From Acidobacteriota bacterium (GTDB taxonomy: Bacteria; Acidobacteriota; Aminicenantia; Aminicenantales; Saccharicenantaceae), in assembly GCA_039683095.1 (NCBI GenBank), contig JBDKSB010000010.1:14709-78708 (forward strand): a stretch of DNA of 64,000 nt, read 5' to 3'. A program made the translations under genes and the position numbers. Under the pieces are notes generated by a model. The model did no database searches, was not told the DNA's origin, and worked only from the letters and a program-made list of their open reading frames with translations. Of the stretch, positions 48,471 through 57,680 are shown piece after piece. The number at the start of each line of letters is the position of its first letter. Positions within the stretch are counted from its first letter, which is position 1.

Positions 48471-50605
48471 CGTCCTTGCCCTTTCCCCTGTGCGGGACCG
48501 GCCTGCGTCCCGGCATCGATCAGGCTCCGCCCGTCCATGTGGGCCGGCGGGGCGATGCCGAAAAGCTCCAGGACCGTCGGCGCGACGTCCATGATCGACG
48601 GGTCGGTCCGCTTAAGCCGGAGGTTGGAGAACAGGACCCCCGGCACGAGGGCCGGATCGATGCAGTGATCGCCGCTCCAGGCCTTGGGGTTGTCCTCGAT
48701 GACGGTCCCGCCGACGACGCCGGTGACGCCGTCCCAGGACGCCCGATAGCCCTCGTTGTAGCCGATGATCAGGTCCGGAGCGTTGTCCTTGTACGGCCCG
48801 GCGTAAACGGCGTCGCGGTCGTAGACGTGGGTGACCGCCGCGGGCCCGTTCGGGCCGTCCTTCAGGGCCAGGAGCTTGCGGGAGATCTCGGCCTTGAGGG
48901 CCTTGGCCTCTTCGCCGGGGGCCACCGTGCCGCGGGCCTCGCGGCCCTTGAGGTTGAGATAGACGCCGCCGAGGCCGAGCCCGTAGGCCCTGGTCCGGTC
49001 CCAATCGACGTCCTTGAACCATTCGCCGCTCTCGGCCCGGCCCTCGACGAGGCTGAGGTAGCCGTTCTGGCGGAGCCAGGCGTTGAGGTTGACGCCGCGG
49101 CGGAAGGACTTGAAGCCGTGGTCGGACATGACGAACAGGGCGCCCTTCGGGCCGAGGCCGGCCGCGACCCGGCCGACGAGATCGTCCATCTTCCTGTAAA
49201 GCTCCTCGATGACCGCCGGGCTCATCCGGGCCGGCGCGGCCTTGAGGGCCGGGTGGGCCTTGTCGAGGTAGCGGAAGAACATGTGCTGGATGCTGTCGGT
49301 CGTCTCGAAGACGATGGCCACCAAACCGCGGGGGGTCTTGGCCAGCGCGTTCTGAAGCATGCCTTCCCACTCGGCGTGGTTGGCGTAGGTCAGCTCGAGG
49401 AAGGCCGCTTCGTCGAGCGCCCCCTCGTTCAGGGCCCAGGTATCGTTGGCCTCGCCCAGGGTGATGTAGCGCCCCAGCAGCTTGGCCAGGTAAACGGCGT
49501 AGATGAACGGCTGCGAGATCGGCAGGGCCGGCTTCTCGGGGTCGATGTTGAGCGGCGTCACGTACATCTGGAACTTGGGCCCGAGCGAGGCGATGCGAAA
49601 GCGGCAGGCGCCCCGGACCTTCGTGCCCAGGCCGGCCTTGAAGACGACCGGGGTCCAGGGGCTGAATGTTTTTTCTTTCAGGAAGAACCTGGGATGGCCC
49701 TTGAGGGCCAGCCAGGCCCCGCCGGCCCCGGCGTCGATGGTGATCGTCAGCGGGACGCGGATCTCCTTCGGCTCCCGCAGCAGCGAGTTCTCCGGGCCCG
49801 AGAGCTCCGTCCTGATGACGTCGCCGTCCCGCCGGACGAGGACGGCCACGCCGCCTTCGTGCCGGCGGACCATGTCGGCGTCCTCGGTGAAAAAGGCGAA
49901 CGTCCCCTGGCTGCCTTTGAGGTCAGGGGCGCACATGCCGGAGAGCATGTGGCCTTTGAACTTGTCGGGCGGGAAGGTGACGGGAACGCGCAGGACGGTC
50001 GAGGCGATGCCCTTGTCGCCCAGGATCTTCCAGAACGGGACGCTCCTGCGCAGGCCCCGGATCTCGGGCTTGGAGAGCTGGATGAGATACTTGCCCAGCG
50101 GCAGCGTCCGCCTGGGCCGGCCGATCCGGGCCGAGGACAGGTCGGGCAGATAGGTGCGCGGGTCGCGGCTGAGGAAGTCGAAGATGTTGTGCTTGGACGG
50201 CTCCGTGCCGGTCGTGAACGACGACCATGCTACCGGCGAGATGGCCGGCGTCGTCGTCCTCAGGCGGGCGTACGAGCCCTCCTTCCTCAGCCTGGCCAAG
50301 TGGGGCATCTTGCCCTCGGCCATGAACTTCTCGGCCAGCGTCGGCTCCATGCCGTCCAGGCCGAGAACGACGACGCGCTCGATGGGCCCTTTGCGGTAGG
50401 CCCGCTGGCCGCGGACGGCCCGCCAGGCGAAGCGGAAGGGCCAGGACAGCAGGGAGAAGACGGCCAGCAGGAAGGTCACGAAGAAGACCAGGAACGACGA
50501 CAGGAAGGCGAAGCCGGCGCCGGGGCCGATGTAGGCGGGCAGGGGAGCGGCCAGGGCGCAGACGAGGAGGAGCGTCGCGGAGGCCAGGCGTCCGGGCTTC
50601 TTCAT
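48467..50605 (-). CDS. Alkaline phosphatase superfamily protein (phosphodiesterase-like), membrane anchored
   Basis: Start at the ATG at 50605 (MKKPGRLASATLLLVCALAAPLPAYIGPGAGFAFLSSFLVFFVTFLLAVFSLL). Motifs VLGLDGMEP, SPVAWSSFTTG..HNIF and MSDHGF. The 978-aa ORF-track version runs out of frame through the neighbouring gene. Confidence 0.8.
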   Translation of the reverse strand: MKKPGRLASATLLLVCALAAPLPAYIGPGAGFAFLSSFLVFFVTFLLAVFSLLSWPFRFAWRAVRGQRAYRKGPIERVVVLGLDGMEPTLAEKFMAEGKMPHLARLRKEGSYARLRTTTPAISPVAWSSFTTGTEPSKHNIFDFLSRDPRTYLPDLSSARIGRPRRTLPLGKYLIQLSKPEIRGLRRSVPFWKILGDKGIASTVLRVPVTFPPDKFKGHMLSGMCAPDLKGSQGTFAFFTEDADMVRRHEGGVAVLVRRDGDVIRTELSGPENSLLREPKEIRVPLTITIDAGAGGAWLALKGHPRFFLKEKTFSPWTPVVFKAGLGTKVRGACRFRIASLGPKFQMYVTPLNIDPEKPALPISQPFIYAVYLAKLLGRYITLGEANDTWALNEGALDEAAFLELTYANHAEWEGMLQNALAKTPRGLVAIVFETTDSIQHMFFRYLDKAHPALKAAPARMSPAVIEELYRKMDDLVGRVAAGLGPKGALFVMSDHGFKSFRRGVNLNAWLRQNGYLSLVEGRAESGEWFKDVDWDRTRAYGLGLGGVYLNLKGREARGTVAPGEEAKALKAEISRKLLALKDGPNGPAAVTHVYDRDAVYAGPYKDNAPDLIIGYNEGYRASWDGVTGVVGGTVIEDNPKAWSGDHCIDPALVPGVLFSNLRLKRTDPSIMDVAPTVLELFGIAPPAHMDGRSLIDAGTQAGPAQGKGQGR

Positions 50606-51897
50606 CAGAAGTTCTTGAGGATGACGGGGGCGAGGTCGGAGATCTTGAGATCGTCGCCGAGGTCCTCGGCGGACCAGAAAAAGGCGTCGTCCCAGGTGTG
50701 CATGCCCTGGAGCCCGGGCCGGCCGAAGACCTCCTTCTTCCGGACCGAGCCCTTCATGTCGAAGCCAGGCTCGGCAACGACGATGAGGTCGGGGCCCTTG
50801 GACGCGCACGGCCCCGAGTAGGCTTCTTCGGCCATGAAGACCCGGCGAACGACCCGGCGGCCCTGGCATTCGAGCTTGGCCAGCTTGGCCGCGATCTCCT
50901 CCTTGAGGGCCCGGCGGGCCGTGCGCTCGACGGAGCCCTTGGGGAACTTGCTCTTGTAATTGAGATAGATCCGGTTGGGATCGAGGGCGAAGGCCCGCGA
51001 CCGGCCGTGGATGTCCTCGAGCGATTCGGGTTCGGGCTTGACGAACCGGAGGTAGCCGTTCTGCTCGAGCCAGGCGTTGAGATAGACCTCCTTCTCGGCG
51101 CCGCAGAAGCCGTGGTCGGACAGGATGTAGAAGCCGGCATAGGTGTTGGCGAACTTGTGGTAGGCGGCGACGATCTTGCCGATGAGCCGGTCGATGTGGC
51201 GGTAGAAATCGAGGAAGGCCTGGTGGGCCGGATGATCGGCGTCCTCGTAGGCCCGCCAGAGGAGGTGGTGGAGCCGGTCGGTCCCCGTGATGATGAACTC
51301 GAAGTAGTCCCAGCCGTCGTCCCAGAAGAAGTTGAGGGCCTTCTGGCCGCCGGCCATGGTCTTGTTCAGCTCCGGCCAGAGCAGCTCCGGGCGCTCCCGG
51401 CACTTGAGGATGTCGACGTCGATCTGGTAGCCCATCTGCTCCAGGGCGGCCCGGCAGCTCATGGGCCAGACGGCCCGGGCCAGCTCCAGGGCGACGAAGC
51501 CGGAGATGAGGATGCCGTCGGTCTTGCGGGCGGGATAGGTCGAGGGCTGGTTGATGATGACGCTCTTCTTGCCCTTGGCCCCGAGCTTGTCCCAGATGGT
51601 CGGGGCCTTGACGTCGAGGAAGTTGGGGAAGCGGATGGCGTAGGACTTGGGCTTGAAGTCCGTGAAGCCGAAGATGCCGTGCGTGCCCGAGTTCGTCCCG
51701 GTCATGAAATCCGTCCAGGAGACCGAGGAGATCTCGGGCAGGCTGGCCTTCATCCGGTGGATCTTGCCGACGTCCATCAGCCTGGCCATGGTCGACATGA
51801 CGCCGCGGCGGGCCAGCTCGACGATCATCCCGTAGGGGACGCCGTCGAGCCCGATGACGCAGGCTTTGTTGGTCTTCTTCGGCTTGAGGTCGGCCAT
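50605..51897 (-). CDS. Alkaline phosphatase superfamily protein (phosphodiesterase-like), no signal peptide
   Basis: 430 aa with a hydrophilic N-terminus MADLKPKKTNKACVIGLDGVPYG. Motifs SSVSWTDFMTG..HGIF and LSDHGF. Confidence 0.8.
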   Translation of the reverse strand: MADLKPKKTNKACVIGLDGVPYGMIVELARRGVMSTMARLMDVGKIHRMKASLPEISSVSWTDFMTGTNSGTHGIFGFTDFKPKSYAIRFPNFLDVKAPTIWDKLGAKGKKSVIINQPSTYPARKTDGILISGFVALELARAVWPMSCRAALEQMGYQIDVDILKCRERPELLWPELNKTMAGGQKALNFFWDDGWDYFEFIITGTDRLHHLLWRAYEDADHPAHQAFLDFYRHIDRLIGKIVAAYHKFANTYAGFYILSDHGFCGAEKEVYLNAWLEQNGYLRFVKPEPESLEDIHGRSRAFALDPNRIYLNYKSKFPKGSVERTARRALKEEIAAKLAKLECQGRRVVRRVFMAEEAYSGPCASKGPDLIVVAEPGFDMKGSVRKKEVFGRPGLQGMHTWDDAFFWSAEDLGDDLKISDLAPVILKNF

Positions 51898-51966
51898 TTC
51901 GAGCTGTTCCTATCCCGGAACCACTTATATTATCTCAAGATACGGGCCCGGTCAATGACTTTTGAG

Positions 51967-51995
51967 TTGACAAGGGCCGCCGGCGGTTGTTAAAT
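51967..51995 (+). promoter_or_regulatory. Candidate sigma70-type promoter for the aminotransferase gene
   Basis: Perfect -35 TTGACA (51967-51972), a 17-nt spacer, then TTAAAT (51990-51995). It argues for the ATG at 52018 rather than 51994 as the start. Confidence 0.4.
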
Positions 51996-52017
51996 GGGGG
52001 CTCAAAAACGAGGTCAT

Positions 52018-53418
52018 ATGCAAGGATTCGACAAGCTCCGGGCCCATCTGGTCCGGGAATACGAGAAGAAGACGCCGCGGAGCCGCTCGGTCTTCCGGCG
52101 GGCCGAGAAAGTCATGGTCGCCGGGGGCAGCCACACCATCCGGCTGTGGCGGCCCTACCCGTTCTTCGCCGCTTCGGCCGAGGGCGCCCGGGTCCGCGAC
52201 GTCGACGGCAACGGCTACATCGACTACTGGCAAGGCCACTACGCCAATATCCTCGGCCACAATCCCCGGAGCGTGCGCCGCCGCGTCGCCCCGTCGCTCG
52301 AGCGCGGCGCCTCGCACACGGGCTTCGAGGCCGAAGCCCAGATCGAGCTGGCCGAGACCCTCGTCCGGGGGCTCGGCGGGCGCGGGGCCAAGGTCCGCTT
52401 CACGACCTCCGGCACCCTGGCCACGATGTACGCCGTCATGATGGCCCAGGGCCTGACCGGCCGGGACCTGGTCCTGAAGGTGGGCGGCGGCTGGCACGGG
52501 GCTTCGCCGTACCTGCTGAAGGGCGTCAAGTACCGCCCGGTCGTGGGTTTCGAGGGGAAGGAATCGGCCGGCCTGCTCGACGACATCGTCCGCCGGACCC
52601 TGGTCACCCGATTCAACGACGCCGCAGACCTCGGCCGGATCGTGGCCGAGCACGGCGACCGCATCGCCTGCTTCATCGTCGAACCGTTCCTCGGCGTCGG
52701 CGGCTTCCTGGCGGCCTCGAAAGAATACCTGGAGACGGCCCGCCGCCTGACCGCGGAGCGCGGCATCATCCTGATCTTCGACGAGATCATCTCCGGCTAC
52801 CGCTTCCGTCCCGGCGGCGTTCAGACGCTCTACGGCGTCCGGCCCGACCTGACCACGCTGGGCAAGATCATCGGCGGCGGCCACGCCGTGGCCGCGGTCG
52901 TCGGCCCCCGCGAGATCATGGACGAATGCGAGCACGGCCGCGACGGAGGCGCCCGGGTCTTTTTCGAGGGCGGGACCTTCTCTGCCCACGGCGAATACAT
53001 GAAAGCCGGGATGATCATGCTGGCCGAGCTGGCCGCCCGGGCCGGGGCCATCTATCCACGGATCGCGGACCTGGGCGAAAGGCTGCGCCGGGGCATCGAA
53101 GCGGCTTTTGCCGAACAGGGGATCGCCGCCCGATGCACGGGCTGCGGGAACGAGACCGTCCGGGGAAGCTCGCTGTTCATGGCCCATTTCCCGCTCCGGC
53201 CCGGACTCGCGTATGACCGGCCCGAGGACATCCACGACCCGGACCGCTCGAACATCCCCATGCGGGAAGAACTGCTGAAGCTGGCCCTGCTCGTCAACGG
53301 CGTCAACGTCGTCCATGGCGGCGGAGCCGTTTCGGCCGCCCACGGCCCCCGGGAGATCGAGGCGACGATCGCCGCCTACGCGGAAGCGGCCCGGCTGTTC
53401 GCGAAATACCTCGATTAG
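52018..53418 (+). CDS. Class III aminotransferase (glutamate-1-semialdehyde aminomutase-like)
   Basis: PLP-lysine region DLTTLGKIIGGGHAV and IFDEIISGYRF. About 466 aa from MQGFDKL. Confidence 0.85.
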   Translation: MQGFDKLRAHLVREYEKKTPRSRSVFRRAEKVMVAGGSHTIRLWRPYPFFAASAEGARVRDVDGNGYIDYWQGHYANILGHNPRSVRRRVAPSLERGASHTGFEAEAQIELAETLVRGLGGRGAKVRFTTSGTLATMYAVMMAQGLTGRDLVLKVGGGWHGASPYLLKGVKYRPVVGFEGKESAGLLDDIVRRTLVTRFNDAADLGRIVAEHGDRIACFIVEPFLGVGGFLAASKEYLETARRLTAERGIILIFDEIISGYRFRPGGVQTLYGVRPDLTTLGKIIGGGHAVAAVVGPREIMDECEHGRDGGARVFFEGGTFSAHGEYMKAGMIMLAELAARAGAIYPRIADLGERLRRGIEAAFAEQGIAARCTGCGNETVRGSSLFMAHFPLRPGLAYDRPEDIHDPDRSNIPMREELLKLALLVNGVNVVHGGGAVSAAHGPREIEATIAAYAEAARLFAKYLD

Positions 53419-53421
53419 GGC

Positions 53422-56124
53422 TCAGGCCGTCTTCTTCAGCTCGAACCGGCAAGCGCCGCTTCCGACCTTGAAGACCGCCCGATCCTGCCGTTCCCCGAGC
53501 GGCTCTATCCCCTCAATGGTTTCGACGGCGCGGCCGGCCCGCCAGAGCGTGCGGCCCGATTCGAGGATCCGGGCCCCGGGCCAGAGCAGGGGAACATGCA
53601 CCTCGCCGGCGGCGCCGACGGGGATCTCGGCTTCGAGCGAGAAGGTCCCGTCGTCCTTCCGCCAGCTGGCCGCGACCCGGCCCGCTATCGTCTCCAGGGA
53701 GGCCTCGACGAAAGTCAAGTCGCCGAGGACATGCGGCCGGACCCGGACGGCCTGCCAGCCCGGCCGGAGCGGGGAGAGGCCGGCCAGGGTCCGGTAGAAC
53801 CAGGCATCGACGCTGCCGAACATGATATGGTTCTGGGAATTCATGGCGGGTCCCGTCAGCTTCTCCCAGCGCTCCCAGAGCGTCGTGGCCCCCTCGGCCA
53901 GCATGTAGCCCCAGCCCGGATAGCTCTTGCGGGTGGCCATGCGGAAGGCCGCCTCGGCCTGGCCGTTCTCGGTCAGGACGTCGAGGATGTAGCGGGTCCC
54001 GAGGATGCCGGTGTCGACGTGATGATCGTGCACCCGGACGACGCTCTGCACGAGGCTGGCCACGACCTTGTCCTTGCGGCCGGCCGGGACCATGTCCAGG
54101 TAGAGGGGCAGGGCGTTGGACGTCTGGTCGGGCAGGTTGTCGACCGGGCTGACCCGGATGGCCGCGTACTGGCTCTCGCCGAGGAAGGCCCGGTTGAAGG
54201 CGTCCTTGATCGAATCGGCCAGCCGGCCGTACTCCCGGGCCTCGGCCTCGCGGCCCAGCACGCCCGCCAGCCGGGACATGATCAGGACGTCGTGGCAATA
54301 GAACCAGGTGGAGGTCAGCTCGACCGGGGTTTTCTTGGGCACGACGCCGCCGGGCGGACACCAATCGCCGTACTTGCCGAGCCCGCGGATGATGTGGCCG
54401 TCGGCGTTCCGGCCGAGGAAATCGATGTACGCCTTCAGGGCGGCGTAATGAGCGGCGATAGCCCGCCGGTCGCCGTAATGGTCCCACAGGAGCTCGACCA
54501 GCGTGGCGTAGGCGGCGCTCCAGGCCGGGTCGGCCGGATAGAGCCGCGGCAGGTAGGCCGGGGCGATGTCGGACAGGCTCCCGTCCTCCCGCTGTCCCAG
54601 GCGGATGTCGTCGAGGAACTTGGCGTAGAAGGCGGCCAGGTCGAAGTTGAAAACGGCCTCTTCGGCCGAGAGATGGGCGTCGCCGAGCCAGCCGTGGCGC
54701 TCGTCGCGCTGGGGGCAATCGGTCGGGATGCTCATGAGGTTAGAGAGCTGGCCCCAGAGGACGTTGCGGTGCACGGCGTCGACAAGCTCGTTCGACGACC
54801 GGAACCGCCCTGCCCTCTCGACGTCCGAGTGGACGAACAGTCCTTCGAGCGCCTCGGGCCCGGGCCGGCCGGGGTAGCCGGTCACCTCGACGTAGCGGAA
54901 ACCGTGATAGGTGAACTTCGGCTCGTGGACCTCGGGCCCGCCGCCGCGGAGGATGTAGACGTCGGTGGCCTCGGCGTTCTCGTTCGGGCCGAGGTTGAGG
55001 GTGCCGTCCTCGTTGACGAGCTCGGCGTGGCGGAGGCGGACCTCGGTGCCCATCGGGCCCTCGACCTTAAGGCGGGCCCAGCCGGAGAAGTTCTGGCCGA
55101 AATCGAAGACCGCGGCGCCGTTCGGCAGCAGCCGCACCGACCGCGGGGCCAGCGCCTCGGTGACCCGGACGGGCGGCATCATCTGGGGGGCGAGGGGATA
55201 GCCGGGCACCGGGACGGCCGGGTCCCAGTGCCGGTCATCGAATCCTGGCTGGTCCCAGCCGTCGATGAGGATGCGGGCATCGCAGCGCTCGCCGCAGTAG
55301 AGGCCGTTCTCCTGGACCGGGCCGCCCGACGTCCGCCAGCTCTCGTCCGCGAAGATGATCTCCCGGCCGCCGCTCTCGTACTCGACCTCGATGCGGCAGG
55401 CCAGCTTCGGCGCGTCGTAGCCGAGGCTCCGGGTGTGGCGGCCGTTGCCGAGGATGACCCCGACGGCGTTCCGGTCCCGGACGAGCGCGGTCACGTCGTG
55501 CGAGGCGTAGAGGGCCTTCTTCCGATAGTCCGTCCAGCCGGGGTCGAGGACGCTCGTCCCGACCTTGGCCCCGTTCAGCCGGAGCTCGTAGTGGCCCAGG
55601 CCGGAGATGAAGATCATGGCCAGCGCGGGCCGGCCGCGAAGGCCGAACTCGCGGCGGAGGTAGATGGCGCAGGACTGGACCTCGTCGGGGCCGGGCTGGC
55701 CGAGCAGGACCGTCCCCCTGCTCCGGAACTCGGTCGTCCGGGCGGCGCTGACCCATTTGGCTTTCCAGTCGCCCGGCCTCAGGAAGGCGGTCACGAACGA
55801 GGCCGGCTCGCTCCAGGCGCTGGCCCGGCCGGCGCGATCCCACCAGCGGACCTTCCAGAAGTAGCGGGCGCAGCTGTCAAGGGGCTCGCCGGCGTATTCG
55901 AGGCCCGGCCCGGCCGGGCCTTCCATCCGGCCCGGGTCCCAATAGTCGCCGATGTCGCTCCGGAGGAGATCTTTCGATGACGAGACCAGGACCTGGAACG
56001 CCGTCGGGCGGTCGCCGCGCTCCGGGCTCTCGACGGTCCAGAAGAGCCGGGGCGCGGCCGTGTCGACGCCAAGGGGCTCGACGAGGTATTCGCAGCGCAG
56101 CCGGGTCGGGGGCAGGGGCGTCAT
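53422..56124 (-). CDS. GH78 alpha-L-rhamnosidase
   Basis: 900 aa. The N-terminus LRCEYLVEPLGVDTAAPRLFWTV and the overall layout are typical of bacterial alpha-L-rhamnosidases. It is convergent with the aminotransferase gene. Confidence 0.88.
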   Translation of the reverse strand: MTPLPPTRLRCEYLVEPLGVDTAAPRLFWTVESPERGDRPTAFQVLVSSSKDLLRSDIGDYWDPGRMEGPAGPGLEYAGEPLDSCARYFWKVRWWDRAGRASAWSEPASFVTAFLRPGDWKAKWVSAARTTEFRSRGTVLLGQPGPDEVQSCAIYLRREFGLRGRPALAMIFISGLGHYELRLNGAKVGTSVLDPGWTDYRKKALYASHDVTALVRDRNAVGVILGNGRHTRSLGYDAPKLACRIEVEYESGGREIIFADESWRTSGGPVQENGLYCGERCDARILIDGWDQPGFDDRHWDPAVPVPGYPLAPQMMPPVRVTEALAPRSVRLLPNGAAVFDFGQNFSGWARLKVEGPMGTEVRLRHAELVNEDGTLNLGPNENAEATDVYILRGGGPEVHEPKFTYHGFRYVEVTGYPGRPGPEALEGLFVHSDVERAGRFRSSNELVDAVHRNVLWGQLSNLMSIPTDCPQRDERHGWLGDAHLSAEEAVFNFDLAAFYAKFLDDIRLGQREDGSLSDIAPAYLPRLYPADPAWSAAYATLVELLWDHYGDRRAIAAHYAALKAYIDFLGRNADGHIIRGLGKYGDWCPPGGVVPKKTPVELTSTWFYCHDVLIMSRLAGVLGREAEAREYGRLADSIKDAFNRAFLGESQYAAIRVSPVDNLPDQTSNALPLYLDMVPAGRKDKVVASLVQSVVRVHDHHVDTGILGTRYILDVLTENGQAEAAFRMATRKSYPGWGYMLAEGATTLWERWEKLTGPAMNSQNHIMFGSVDAWFYRTLAGLSPLRPGWQAVRVRPHVLGDLTFVEASLETIAGRVAASWRKDDGTFSLEAEIPVGAAGEVHVPLLWPGARILESGRTLWRAGRAVETIEGIEPLGERQDRAVFKVGSGACRFELKKTA

Positions 56125-56206
56125 GGGGACCTCGCGGGCGACGTTCTCGCTGCGGAGATTATAGTGGAACCGCGTCCCGGCCGCAAAGCGGGCGCGGGCG
56201 CCGGGA

Positions 56207-57676
56207 CTATCGGGCCTCGGCCAGGAAGTAGCGCGCGACCTCGATGCCGTAATCGTCGGGATCGAGGACCCCGCGGATCGTCCGGCCGGCGCCCCCCGCG
56301 GCCGGGTCCTTTTCGGCCAGGTCCACGATCTCGCCGTCGATCCTGCGCCCCGACGCGTCCGTGATCAGCTTGACCTTGGGGCGGAGGGCCAGCTGCGGGT
56401 CCTCGTTGAGGGCGAAAACGATGCCGATCTCGCCGGAGCTCAGGCCGACCAGCGAGCCGATGGGGAAAACGCCCATCATGCTGACGAAGGCCTTCAGGAT
56501 GACCGGGTGGAAGTCGGTGCCGGAGAGCTCGAGCATCGCGCCCAGGGCTTCGGCCCTGGTCATCGCCGAGGGCCGGTAGACGCGCTTGGTCGTCACGGCG
56601 TCGAAGTAATCGACGACCTTGACGATCTTGCTGTACAGGTTGATGTCCCCGGTCCCGAAATAGCGGGGATAGCCGCCGCGGTCCTGCTTGATGTGATGCT
56701 CAAGGCTCACGTGGATGGCCTGGAGCGGCAGGCGCCGCGGCCCCTTGAGCAGGACGAGCTTCTCGGCCCCCTTGAACGGGTGACGCTCCATGATCTCCCG
56801 CTCGTCCGCGCTGAGCGAGGACGGCTTGTTGAGGATCTCCAGGGGCGTGTCGAGCTTGCCCAGGTCGTGGAAGAAGGCGGCGATCCCGAGGTCGACGATC
56901 TCGGCCCGGCTCAGGCCCAGGCGCCGGCCCAGGGCCGTGGACAGCAGGCAGACGTTGACCGAGTGGTTGAGGGTGTATTCGTCGTGGTTCTTGAGGTTGG
57001 TCAGGCCGAAGACGAAGGACTCGTTGTCGACGATGTGGTTGTAGATCGCCTGCATCAGGCGCCGCGTCGTGTGGACCTTGAGGCTCTCGTTCCGGGCGTT
57101 CCTGCGGAACGAATCCTTGAGATGGGCGATGCCGAGGAAGAAGATCCGGGCCGTGCTGCGGTTGAGGCTCGAGGGCGCTTGCCGGGCCGCCGCCTCCTCC
57201 AGGACGACGTTGGCGACGCCGGCCTGGTCGAGGTCTTCCCGGAGCTGGGCGAAAGGCGAGCCGGCCTTCTTTTCCCGCCTGGCGAAGACGGGCAGGAAGC
57301 GGTTGAGCTCCTCGCGCGTCAGCCCGGGCTTGAAGCGGATGGCGTCGAGCTCGCGCTGCCGGAATTCCTCCATGACGAACTTGAAAACGGCATAGGTCGC
57401 GAGGCTGGACTTGACCCGGGCCCCGTTGAGTATGAAGGCGCCGTGGCGGACGCGGAGGGCAGCCTCCTTCTCGTCCTTCAGGATGGGCGCCAGCCCGTCG
57501 AAGAAGAGCTTGGCCTGCTCCTGGAAGGCGTCGTTCTTCGGGTCGTGGATCTTGGCGATCTTGTCCACGACGTGGAAGCGAAGGACAAGCTCGCTCGCCG
57601 CCCGCTGGAAGGCGCGAATGTCCTCGGCCCCGGCCGGCCGGCGCGGAGCGGTGGAGCCGGCGCCCTGTTCGTCCAT
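56207..57676 (-). CDS. HD-GYP domain c-di-GMP phosphodiesterase (copy 1)
   Basis: Start at the ATG at 57676 (MDEQGAG). HD motif AAFFHDLGK and HHIKQDRGGYPRY (HD-GYP) are present. There is an N-terminal domain of about 200 aa of unknown function. Confidence 0.88.
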   Translation of the reverse strand: MDEQGAGSTAPRRPAGAEDIRAFQRAASELVLRFHVVDKIAKIHDPKNDAFQEQAKLFFDGLAPILKDEKEAALRVRHGAFILNGARVKSSLATYAVFKFVMEEFRQRELDAIRFKPGLTREELNRFLPVFARREKKAGSPFAQLREDLDQAGVANVVLEEAAARQAPSSLNRSTARIFFLGIAHLKDSFRRNARNESLKVHTTRRLMQAIYNHIVDNESFVFGLTNLKNHDEYTLNHSVNVCLLSTALGRRLGLSRAEIVDLGIAAFFHDLGKLDTPLEILNKPSSLSADEREIMERHPFKGAEKLVLLKGPRRLPLQAIHVSLEHHIKQDRGGYPRYFGTGDINLYSKIVKVVDYFDAVTTKRVYRPSAMTRAEALGAMLELSGTDFHPVILKAFVSMMGVFPIGSLVGLSSGEIGIVFALNEDPQLALRPKVKLITDASGRRIDGEIVDLAEKDPAAGGAGRTIRGVLDPDDYGIEVARYFLAEAR

Positions 57677-57680
57677 GGCC

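Noticed and set aside
48467-51403. A 978-aa ORF extending the second phosphodiesterase paralog upstream. The same problem affects 18111-18986 (pyrR), 3734-4900 (glyQ), 33561-35516 and 37752-39479.
   Set aside because: The extensions overlap neighbouring real genes out of frame and lack sequence features. Internal ATGs with stop/start coupling (50605, 18680, 4052, 33725, 38553) give proteins of canonical length.
46455-51897. The idea that the three alkaline-phosphatase-superfamily genes are PglZ-like components of a BREX-type defence system.
   Set aside because: No methyltransferase, BrxC-like ATPase, Lon-like protease or other BREX/defence partner is present. The motifs fit NPP/phosphodiesterase-type enzymes, and two of the three are exported.
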